DNA from: Mayamaea pseudoterrestris
Lineage: Eukaryota
Direction of reading: 5' to 3'
NCBI GenBank assembly: GCA_027923505.1
Contig: BROI01000008.1
Coordinates: 868,001-932,000, forward strand
DNA length: 64,000 bases
Shown one piece after another: positions 1 through 8,873 of this stretch (position 1 is the stretch's first letter; the number at the start of each line of letters is the position of its first letter). A model generated the notes under the pieces. That model did no database searches. It saw nothing but the letters and a program-made list of their open reading frames with translations, and was not told the DNA's origin. The position numbers and the translations under genes were made by a program.

Positions 1-1707
1 CAACGAGAATATACTCTGCAAAGCTGCCGGCACCAAAGTGGCCAAATCGTATCCTCTCCAGTCACGCACGACGCCATCAGTTTTGATGTCTTCAGCAATG
101 AATCCCGACAACCCTTTTAAAGCCCAATCAGAACACTTCAAGAAAGCCGGACCAAGGGCCCAGTACTTTTCATCGATACCATTGTGTCCCTGGCGATTGG
201 CCTCGGGATTAGAAATAAAGGTAAGCGAATTCCCCATAGCTCCCAGTAAAACGCAAAGACCCTTAACAAGCGCATAGCTCACAAGAGTGTTTTTGCAGCC
301 ACACCGAGGCGCAAGCCACCTATTAGCTGCCAATGAGCGCGATCCTCCAATTGCTTCAAGTATTGCCATGCGAAATGCATCCTCCTCTAACGGTGTCTCA
401 GTATACGCGCGAGGCATCGAAAGAAATGAGGGCGCAAGTGACTTTGACAACTCCATGCATCGCTTGTGTTCGCGTCGCTCATCGGTCCGCAATGTCTCCT
501 GAATCTCCTTGGTAATATCCATGTCATACACTAAAGCCAGGATGATTGCGTGCATCCGCGTAGAAAACCTTGGCTCAGGGCAAATCTCGTCGATGGCCTG
601 GGCAATGTCAAACGTCGCAAAGAGGCACAATTTTACGTAGCACTCCAAAGCAAAATATACAAGAAATGCGGTACCACAACTGTACAACAATAGCACAATA
701 GATGCTATCGCGATACGCGGCTCCCTATGCGATGTCAGGATAGACCATGCGCCAATTGTTATAAACGGCGGAAGTATCGCTTGGGTCGCAAGTCCCCAAA
801 TGTTGGATTTTTCCAAAGACTGACAGTTCTCGTACCACAATTCGTGAGCAAATAAGAATGGAATCGTACAGGCGACTGTCAAGCCGCAGGCAAGGGCAAT
901 CATCATTGCTGAGTTGCTTTCGTTCGAGGCCGGAACATATACGCGGAGTGTTAAAGATAAATAAGCACCAGCGAGGACCGAAAACAGGAACTGCAAAACG
1001 ATGGAACGCATCGGCGGCCGCATGAACCGTCTTCCATGATAAGGCCGGTACAAAGCTGCAGATGGATCAGCGGAAGGTTCGGTCGGTGCACCGACCGATA
1101 AAGGCCATAAGTACAGTTTTCGGATGCTGGCGTCGAATCGGCTCATTAAAAGCGGCACCGTCGAAAGCCGCACTGAAGGACAGGAAAGACGGATGAGAAC
1201 ATACAAAAGTAGACGCAGTGCATACAACAAACGTGACTTACTGATTGATATCGGACTAACAAACCGCAGTACGACCACTACCTGCAGCAATGCCACACCA
1301 AATGAGAGGCGGAGAGAACTCCAAATGGCCTGCAATGCAGATGGAAAAACCCAAACGTCCATTGCAGCTGATGTACCAAAATATCGATTAACCAAGCAGC
1401 TAAAGGCAAACGAGTACATCGGAACGCGGCTAGCGCTTTCGCGTAGCCATTCATCGAGCGCTTTGTCTGATGAAGACAATTTTATCGCCAGGGAGACAGC
1501 CACAATCGAAAGAAAAGACGTCAATCCGACCGTCTGGAAACCCCTTTGATGAGTCAAGAGATTGATTACAAAAAAGGCTGTTTTCATCGCCATGGGAACA
1601 AGTTGAACGAAAAGAAATGTCTTTCCAATGATCGTCACAAGTCGCTGGTACATGTGATGCTGCGCTGCAGCTTGGAAAAGAGTCGGGCGCCAAGATGTAG
1701 AAGACAT
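1..1707 (-). CDS. Multi-pass membrane protein, 3' end runs off the window (>569 aa); function unknown, architecture loosely Ndc1-like
   Basis: Manually read stop-free minus-strand frame from ATG 1707 (MSSTSWRPTLFQAAAQHHMYQRLV...) to position 1. Several hydrophobic segments are followed by a soluble helical region (...TPLEEDAFRMAILEAIGG...). It is absent from the ORF track because no stop lies in the window. Confidence 0.8.
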   Translation of the reverse strand, partial: MSSTSWRPTLFQAAAQHHMYQRLVTIIGKTFLFVQLVPMAMKTAFFVINLLTHQRGFQTVGLTSFLSIVAVSLAIKLSSSDKALDEWLRESASRVPMYSFAFSCLVNRYFGTSAAMDVWVFPSALQAIWSSLRLSFGVALLQVVVVLRFVSPISISKSRLLYALRLLLYVLIRLSCPSVRLSTVPLLMSRFDASIRKLYLWPLSVGAPTEPSADPSAALYRPYHGRRFMRPPMRSIVLQFLFSVLAGAYLSLTLRVYVPASNESNSAMMIALACGLTVACTIPFLFAHELWYENCQSLEKSNIWGLATQAILPPFITIGAWSILTSHREPRIAIASIVLLLYSCGTAFLVYFALECYVKLCLFATFDIAQAIDEICPEPRFSTRMHAIILALVYDMDITKEIQETLRTDERREHKRCMELSKSLAPSFLSMPRAYTETPLEEDAFRMAILEAIGGSRSLAANRWLAPRCGCKNTLVSYALVKGLCVLLGAMGNSLTFISNPEANRQGHNGIDEKYWALGPAFLKCSDWALKGLSGFIAEDIKTDGVVRDWRGYDLATLVPAALQSIFSL

Positions 1708-1950
1708 GATTATAGATAAAGATCAGGTCGTTTCTGACTAGTCGTTAATCAAATGCGAAGGAGAGATTTAAGTGGTGCATCGTCTCCATCAGGGAAACGA
1801 GGTGCGAGAGTGAGCGATACGAGAGACGAGGGCGAATGCGAATGATACGCATTTTGCAAGTCTTCTTGTCGCAGCATGACCCACACATGTCATAACGGTA
1901 CTCAGTCGCTTGATGCGACCGCGCATTATTTATTTTTTGTCACCATCACC

Positions 1951-4536
1951 ATGGCGCACCCGCCATCGCCGACAACTGCAGCACCTACCGGGGCGAAGTT
2001 GAATCAGGAACAAATAGAATGGGCTTGTCGATTATGGAGTGCCAATAAAAGGGAGATATTGGACGTAATAACGACCCGAGACCGCCGGAAGGGAGCCATT
2101 AGCTGCATTCCGTCAACCTCGCAATCGCACATTGCTCGAGCATACAGCTTCTTTCATGCGCAGCTCTCGCGTGCTCAGCAACAAAACATTGCAGCAGATA
2201 ACGAAAACAACCCAGAGTATCAATATTTACGTGAACCAAATGACTCATGTTTGCGAGACTTCCTTCGGCTCGCCGTCACGCGAAAAACAATCCGACTTTT
2301 AGAAGGGCGACGTGTCATTAATTTGGTGCATGATGCATTTTTATCGGAGATAAATTACTTTGAAAGTAAAGGGCCGCCGACTAAGAATTTTGTGCAAATA
2401 TTTAGCATGGGCGCTGCCTTGTACCACTTGCCTTTGGACACTCTGACGGCTCTCGGTTGCGCAATGCAATTAGCAATGCTAACACTTTGGAAAAAGCAGC
2501 GAGTCGAGCAAGGGCACGATACAGAGGACTTAGTCAAGCTGACGAATATCTTGGATCACTCTCAGGTTGTCTTTCGATTCGCTCACGTCGAGCCGATTTT
2601 ATCGATGATTGATATTAAGACCTCGATTGTTTCCAAATTTGTCACGGTCAAGGGTCACATTGTCCGGGCCCGTCCTAAGCAATTACGCGTTGTGACAGCC
2701 GATTTCGTTTGTTCTCAATGTGGGGGATTCATAACGCATGAATTTGATGGAGGAAATTATTCAATCCCAACTCTGTGCGTGACAGAAGGCTGCAAGTCGC
2801 GGACCTTTACATTGATGCGATCTTCTGCTCGGTACGTGAATATACAGCATTTGAGGTTGCAGGAGGCACAGGAAGAGAGTACAATTCATGCTGGTCGGAC
2901 GCCGCGACAAATGCAGGTGGAGCTTACACATGATTTAGTAGACGTCTGCCGTCCGGGTGATATTGTTATGCTCGCTTGCACCGTCGCGGCTGTCAACACT
3001 GCAGTTTCATCCGGCAAAACGGGACGCCGTGCTCAAGAGTCCAGCACTTATAACCTGTATCTGCAGGCACATTCGGTCACGTGTACGTCTGAGACGAATC
3101 AACGACAATCGTCTAAAAGTGAACAATCAACCTACACGCAGCAGCAACTACATAGCATCATTCAGCTTTGCCACGCGGACCACAAACATTTCGGCCGCAA
3201 GGAACGGCTGGCTTTTCCTTTCGATTTATTAGTTCGGTCTCTATGCCCGTCAATTATCGGGCACAATGCGGTCAAGGCTGGCCTTTTGCTCTGTCTGCTC
3301 GGAGGAACTCCTGCCGATTCGGATACTGCGCTGCAAGAATATTCTGTTCGATCCAACATACATTGTCTGGCAGTGGGAGATCCTTCCATGGGCAAATCTC
3401 AGCTACTTCTAGCAGCGAGCCAATTAGCCGCGCGAAGTGTTTATGTGGGTGGAAACACGAGCACGACCACGGGTCTCACCGTGACATTGACAAAGGAGGA
3501 AGGCGGCGAGACCGGTATCGAGGCCGGCGCGCTTGTCTTGGCCGATCAAGGTGTTTGCTGCATAGATGAGTTTGACAAAATGGCTAAAAACCATCAAGAC
3601 GGCCTACTGGAAGCAATGGAACAGCAGCAGGTATCAATAGCAAAAGCTGGCGTGGTGGCTTCGCTCCCGGCTCGCTGCAGTATCATTGCGGCAGCGAACC
3701 CCAAGCATGGATGCTATAACATGTCTAAGACAGTTGCTGAGAATTTGAACATGGCTAAGCCAATATTGTCTCGCTTCGACCTTGTATTCATTCTCCGGGA
3801 CAGAGCCGACAAAGCCCAAGATCAGCTTGTATCAAGCAACATAATGAATCTATATCGTTCAGGGAACCAACAGCCTAGAGTCACGCAAGAACAGAACACA
3901 AAAATGCTGCACGCCCACGAGGGCAAATCTAAGACCTGCATGTCACTTTGTGATCGCCTAGCCTGGGTGTGCGACTTTCAAAGGGAACCATTGCCCGCTT
4001 CGCTGGTGCGCGACTATATTGCATATGCTCGCGAGTATTGCAAACCAAAGCTAACTGCTGAGGCCGGAGAAGTTCTCAAGGACTACTACATGTCCCTGCG
4101 ATACCCTGCGTATGGTAGTCGGCGCAAGAATGACACTGTCCCCATCACCACCCGACAATTGGAGGCACTCATCCGCCTTTGTCAGGCTCGTGCGAAAGCC
4201 TCTCTTCGTGATTATTGTCTTAAAGAAGATGCCTTGGATGTGGTTGAATTGATGAGTCTTTCCGTTGAACAAGTTCATTCGGACGAGACTGGCCTTGTCG
4301 ATCGAACGCGTGGAGGAGCCGCAGGAGTTTCCAAGCGAAAGATGAAGAAGCTTTTCATAGACGAACTGCAGCGCTTTGTGGGTGGGGAGGCTGATTGTTC
4401 AATGGACGATCTTCGCAAAATTGCAGACAGAGTGCGATGCGATTTGAACGGCTTCCAATCTTTTGTAGAAGAGCTGCGGAACAATGGTATTTTGATGAAG
4501 AAACCAAACGGTCGCTATCAAGTCGTGTCTCAATGA
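1951..4536 (+). CDS. MCM8: MCM8 DNA helicase
   Basis: Zn finger CSQC...CVTEGC, RTPRQMQVELTHDLVDVCRPGD (MCM8-type), Walker A GDPSMGKS, Walker B CIDEFDKM, IIAAANP, Arg finger SRFDL, ITTRQLEALIRL. The start is taken as the second ATG (1951); the ORF opens at 1876. Confidence 0.9.
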   Translation: MAHPPSPTTAAPTGAKLNQEQIEWACRLWSANKREILDVITTRDRRKGAISCIPSTSQSHIARAYSFFHAQLSRAQQQNIAADNENNPEYQYLREPNDSCLRDFLRLAVTRKTIRLLEGRRVINLVHDAFLSEINYFESKGPPTKNFVQIFSMGAALYHLPLDTLTALGCAMQLAMLTLWKKQRVEQGHDTEDLVKLTNILDHSQVVFRFAHVEPILSMIDIKTSIVSKFVTVKGHIVRARPKQLRVVTADFVCSQCGGFITHEFDGGNYSIPTLCVTEGCKSRTFTLMRSSARYVNIQHLRLQEAQEESTIHAGRTPRQMQVELTHDLVDVCRPGDIVMLACTVAAVNTAVSSGKTGRRAQESSTYNLYLQAHSVTCTSETNQRQSSKSEQSTYTQQQLHSIIQLCHADHKHFGRKERLAFPFDLLVRSLCPSIIGHNAVKAGLLLCLLGGTPADSDTALQEYSVRSNIHCLAVGDPSMGKSQLLLAASQLAARSVYVGGNTSTTTGLTVTLTKEEGGETGIEAGALVLADQGVCCIDEFDKMAKNHQDGLLEAMEQQQVSIAKAGVVASLPARCSIIAAANPKHGCYNMSKTVAENLNMAKPILSRFDLVFILRDRADKAQDQLVSSNIMNLYRSGNQQPRVTQEQNTKMLHAHEGKSKTCMSLCDRLAWVCDFQREPLPASLVRDYIAYAREYCKPKLTAEAGEVLKDYYMSLRYPAYGSRRKNDTVPITTRQLEALIRLCQARAKASLRDYCLKEDALDVVELMSLSVEQVHSDETGLVDRTRGGAAGVSKRKMKKLFIDELQRFVGGEADCSMDDLRKIADRVRCDLNGFQSFVEELRNNGILMKKPNGRYQVVSQ

Positions 4537-4767
4537 TTTTATATTAATAGCTTAGACTGTTTGTAATATAATATTTGATTGGTATACCCTTACCTTATGA
4601 GGTTGTTTGGAGGCTGCGAAGTTGTGGCGGCTTGCGCCTTTAGCTTGTGTCGCACCAGTTTTCACCAATACACGATTCATGCGGCTACCGCACGTCGTAT
4701 TCCATTCATGCGATAAGCTCACGGGAACAGGCTTTCTACTAATAAAGAGCTACGGAGCCAAGCAAAT

Positions 4768-5730
4768 ATGTCACAACAACCATGTTTACCTTTACAATTA
4801 GGAAAAACTACAAAAGTATTTAGCGCCTCGACCGCCAAGTGTTTTGACAGCGTTGACATTCAAGCCCTGGACGCATCTGCATATCTTGCGATGGTTGTTC
4901 ACGAGTCCAGACACTTGCCTGATATATTCTTGTCTGATCCTGAACCCGATTTTGCATCCAAATCTAAGACAGTATCTAAGAGCCGAAACATGGCTCCTAT
5001 CGATGGTTCCGCTGCCTCATTGATGTACCTCGTTTCTGACAGAACAACGGTACGAGCACCACCCACGGCGGACCATTTACCAAAGCATACCGATAAGTGG
5101 GTCGATCAGACCACACTAAACTTTTCGGCATTAAGAGACCATTTAGAGACTTGGCATGAACAAGGGATTGGAGGAAAGGACACGGATCGACTTCCATTGC
5201 CAACCATGAATGACCGTCCTGGTTGGCACATATTTTGCGTGGGGATAGACGATGCGCGGGGCAATGAAGGTTCTTACTTTGACGATGATCATGCTACTGG
5301 TAAAACTATGTTAGGATTGGCGGATGATGCCGAGAATATAGCCGCATTGGAAGGAGACGACACACCATATTGGAAACGTCATTTACCGAGCCAAGGCTAC
5401 ACCCCAACAACCAGCCTGCTTCTACAGATGGACCAAGTGCTTGTGCGTCGAGTACTTAGCCATTTAATACACTATGTTCGAGAGGGATGGACAATAACGA
5501 ACTCGCAGCGTTCAACGTGGATATATGCTTTACTCGCTCGCTTGGAACTTCCCATTCATCGCGAAGATGCGGCTCTTTTGTTTGGATTGCTTAAATCTCT
5601 TGCCCAAACTCGCGGGATTATGGATGCTGTCAAGGACAGAGAGAAGTTGGCGAGAGTCAATGTCTTGATTACCGTCGTCGGGATATATTTTGAGCAAGGC
5701 GGAGGAGTCGGGGCACTCATGCGGCATTAG
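4768..5730 (+). CDS. GEMIN2: Gemin2 / SMN-interacting protein 1
   Basis: N-terminal YLAMVVHES..LPD and C-terminal WIYALLARLELPIH...NVLITVVGIYFEQ match the Gemin2 pattern. Confidence 0.75.
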   Translation: MSQQPCLPLQLGKTTKVFSASTAKCFDSVDIQALDASAYLAMVVHESRHLPDIFLSDPEPDFASKSKTVSKSRNMAPIDGSAASLMYLVSDRTTVRAPPTADHLPKHTDKWVDQTTLNFSALRDHLETWHEQGIGGKDTDRLPLPTMNDRPGWHIFCVGIDDARGNEGSYFDDDHATGKTMLGLADDAENIAALEGDDTPYWKRHLPSQGYTPTTSLLLQMDQVLVRRVLSHLIHYVREGWTITNSQRSTWIYALLARLELPIHREDAALLFGLLKSLAQTRGIMDAVKDREKLARVNVLITVVGIYFEQGGGVGALMRH

Positions 5731-5761
5731 TGATGTCGACGATGAACTAGGAGTAAACAGT

Positions 5762-6837
5762 TTAACTTAAACTCTTGTATTTAGTAACGGGTGACGAGGA
5801 TGTAGCAAAAAGAAAATCTCGCATCGGCTCCATAATCTCCGCGCACTGAATGTAGCATAACGGCATGTGCACTAGCTGACTCACGAAAAAGCCAACCACT
5901 ACCTCCAAGCCAGTGTGGAAGTAAAGGGCCGTCTTGTAGACACCCAGACAAGTGATGACGTATAAGTAAATCATCCCTGAGACAAGACTGAACGGAACAA
6001 GTCGTTCGATGGTGACTATGCAAGTTGCTCTGCATTTCACCGGTGGCGCTTGGCCGACGTTCGTCGAAGATGACTTCCAATACGGATACTCCATAGAATG
6101 AAGAAATTCAAAGATGGACATTGGTAAAATTTGTGCGTAGTAAAGAACGATATGATCTGAGAAATCAAAGACTCGGCCAAAACACGGAGGTTGCTCGTTT
6201 TGTAGCCAGTCATGGTACCAGCAGGTTGACGTGTCAACCGGCCGAACCACCATGTCTTCAATTGCGTTAAGGCCGACATATAAAACCCAGCCCCTAAAGT
6301 TCAGCAATATAATATAGTAGCCTAGCCTTCGGAGGGACGCCATGAGTGATGATTGTGGTGTTGTAGATGCGTGATACATATCAGCTCCTCGACAAAAATA
6401 GCATATTTGAAGCGCCGAGACGTAGACAAGTCTGAGAAAGAGAGGAAACAAAGGCAAAATCCAAGCATCTGGCCACCTAGCAAGTCGATTCGCAAGCGGC
6501 AGAAACCGAGAGTTACCGGGGCAAAGACTGGTGACGCTATTTTCGCCAATGCAGCAAGTGATAGCTCCTTCGACTTGGTTGGATGTCGCCAGAACGTTGA
6601 GAAACGCTCTTTCGCAATTATCTCCCGCCTTTTCGGGACCAATTGGAACATATTTGCTGCACAAATAAATGTACATCGGTGAGCATACAGCCGGAAGCGC
6701 ACTTCACAGCATTCTTAATCATCGCGCAATCGCACCTACCTCGTCTTGTTGTCCATTATTCCCAAAGTCATGACACTAATGCTGATTAATAGATGAATGA
6801 TCCATATGCGACGCAGCCACAACCGATTGATCTTCAT
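5762..6837 (-). CDS. FIT/Scs3-family (fat storage-inducing transmembrane) protein, 2 exons
   Basis: Motifs FDFSDHIVLY and TALYFHTGLE resemble the two catalytic-His motifs of FIT2/Scs3; multiple TM segments. Intron 6739-6657 (GTAGGT...GCAG) joins ...DNKT-S-KYVPIG. An upstream ATG at 6933 is possible. Confidence 0.6.
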
Positions 6838-7163
6838 GGAAGTGGCAGTTGAAGTATCGTCATCGAAATGAATAGATTCCAAGGAAGAGTAAGTCTGAGA
6901 ATTGCTGGCCGAACATGTTCGGAGCTTAGGCATTCTTGCTATCTCGTGGGATACAACGACAGCTCAAGCTTAAACCTTTTTGTACTCTGTGCTTTGGACT
7001 GCATTTCCAGATAAACTTTCTCTTACTTAAGACACTCGACAGCGGGTTTGGCTCATTTCAGATAGTGGCCGATGGCTCGCCGACTCGTTCCATGAAGCTT
7101 CAACGTCGTACCGATTTCTACTAATCACCGAATTGACTGTAAAGCGTTAAGTACTCGGGGAAT

Positions 7164-7514
7164 ATTGCCATGTGACGTAATTGACATTGGCACTCGTTTC
7201 ATATTAATGCCTTGCGACGTAATTGACACTGGCACTCGTTTCATACTATTGCCTTAAGACGTAATTGACACTGGCACTCGTTTCATACTATTGCCTTTTG
7301 ACGTAGTTTTCACTGACAAACGTTTCTCACAATTGTCTTCTGACGTAGTTTTCACTGGCACTCGTTTCTCGATATAGCCTTGTGACGTAGTTTTCACTGG
7401 CACTCGTTTCGCACTATAGCCTGATGACGCACGTTTCACTAACACTTGTTTCACACTATTGCCACATGACGTAGTTTTCACTGGCACTCGTTTCATACTA
7501 TTGCCTTTTGACGT
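7164..7514. repeat. 42-bp minisatellite, 8 full units plus partial
   Basis: The GACG(T/C) anchor recurs at 7174, 7216, 7258, 7300, 7342, 7384, 7426, 7468 and 7510. Consensus is approximately GACGTAGTTTTCACTGGCACTCGTTTCATACTATTGCCTTNT. Confidence 0.95.
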
Positions 7515-7673
7515 GCTACAAGCTGGATTCGCGCGCGTGATACCTCACGTGGAGCTTACCAAAGTCGCACCGGTTGAATCGGCTTCGCTTATCATCGTAC
7601 CGGTACTCCGTGTTAATTCACACGATAATTCGACGGAGAGCTGCTCTTGAGTCAACGATGGACCAGTTTGACG

Positions 7674-7752
7674 CGTTAAGGCCACTATTATTGGACCGTA
7701 ACATGCGTTAATATGCCACGGATGAGATTGATGAATAATAGTTGCCTTAACG
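7674..7752. repeat. 79-bp inverted-repeat (hairpin) element, copy 1
   Basis: CGTTAAGGCCACTATTATT ... AATAATAGTTGCCTTAACG: 19-bp arms with 1 mismatch. Confidence 0.9.
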
Positions 7753-8007
7753 ACATAGGGATCATGAGTAATTACCCTCGCAGTGGTGCGTTGCCTCGAG
7801 CCTGATCGGCAAAATTTGGTTCAATCAAACCAAAGACCTCTTTCAGCACCGGCGCAAAGTCGTCCATACACAAACGTGATCATAGAGATGTCACATTTAG
7901 CAATTCGTCAACCAAAGGATCGGCTAGTGCGTCAATATAAAAGTTTTGGGCAAGTGCTCGTTCCATGCCGCCGCCACAAAACTGGACAGACGAAGACAAG
8001 TATCACG

Positions 8008-8086
8008 CGTTAAGGCCACTATTATTGGATGAAAACGAGCATACACATGCCATGGATGCAATTGACGAATTATGGTGGCCTTAACG
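8008..8086. repeat. 79-bp inverted-repeat (hairpin) element, copy 2
   Basis: CGTTAAGGCCACTATTATT ... AATTATGGTGGCCTTAACG: 19-bp arms with 2 mismatches. Same length as copy 1, 334 bp downstream. Confidence 0.9.
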
Positions 8087-8873
8087 GTGTTAGATGGTGA
8101 GTTTATTTGCCTCAGAAGAGCTCATCAAAATGTCGCTTTGGTTGCTGCCTCCATTTACGACCTTTAAAGGGTACAATTTCTGCAAGCTGCTTCCACTATG
8201 TGTTAATTATATGATGAGCAATGAGTCGATAGCTGGATGCCGTGCTTAAATCATTTTCTGAGGCATTGTATTCCATTTGACTCCGGCAAGGGAGCGCGCA
8301 AATGAATACTTCACATTGCAGCGGGTCTCTCATACTCAAACAAGCTCCGATTGACTTAATTTTAGCGTCATATACACTGGATGATTGTATTTTATAAGCT
8401 TGTGTAATCTATATTGCTGCGTTACCTATATAAAACATGACCGGCGGGATCATGACCAGCTTGTCATGGTGATGGTCAGTTTTCGACTGTCTGCCCTTGG
8501 TGCATCATGATCGAGTTATGTGGTGGAGAATCAGTGCCGGAACGACGTTGGTAAGGCCTACGTGAGGTATCGCGCGCGCGAATCCAGCTTGTATATCAGG
8601 AATGGTGTGCTGAGATAAACGTGCTGCATGTCGCGACCACCATGGAGAGTTCCATTTACTGTTAGTCAATCATCATCATGGGCTTGGTTGGAGCGAGTTG
8701 CAATAAACGGCACGTTGCATCAGGGTCTCGAGTATTGTGAGTTATTTTCACTGTCGCTGTGCCAAGCAAGCACCAATTCGTCGCCTGCGAGATCCCATCG
8801 CAAGCAACAAAGCTGCACTGTCGGAAAAGAAAGATATCAGATACTTTAGTACGCGTGTTTATGTTTGAGGAGA

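Noticed and set aside
38..1549. Plus-strand ORFs 38-277, 287-502 and 1124-1549, and the many other short overlapping ORFs in the track
   Set aside because: They are antisense or alternative-frame shadows of real genes and have no recognisable motifs.
7164..7514. CRISPR-like array, or a repeat protein (ORF 7254-7496, KRVPVKTTS repeats)
   Set aside because: Units are contiguous with no unique spacers, there are no cas genes, and the context is eukaryotic. The ORF is explained by a 42-bp (3n) period.
8211..8261. C/D-box snoRNA-like ATGATGA...CTGA
   Set aside because: It is only ~51 nt, lacks a convincing terminal stem, and no rRNA-complementary guide was recognised.
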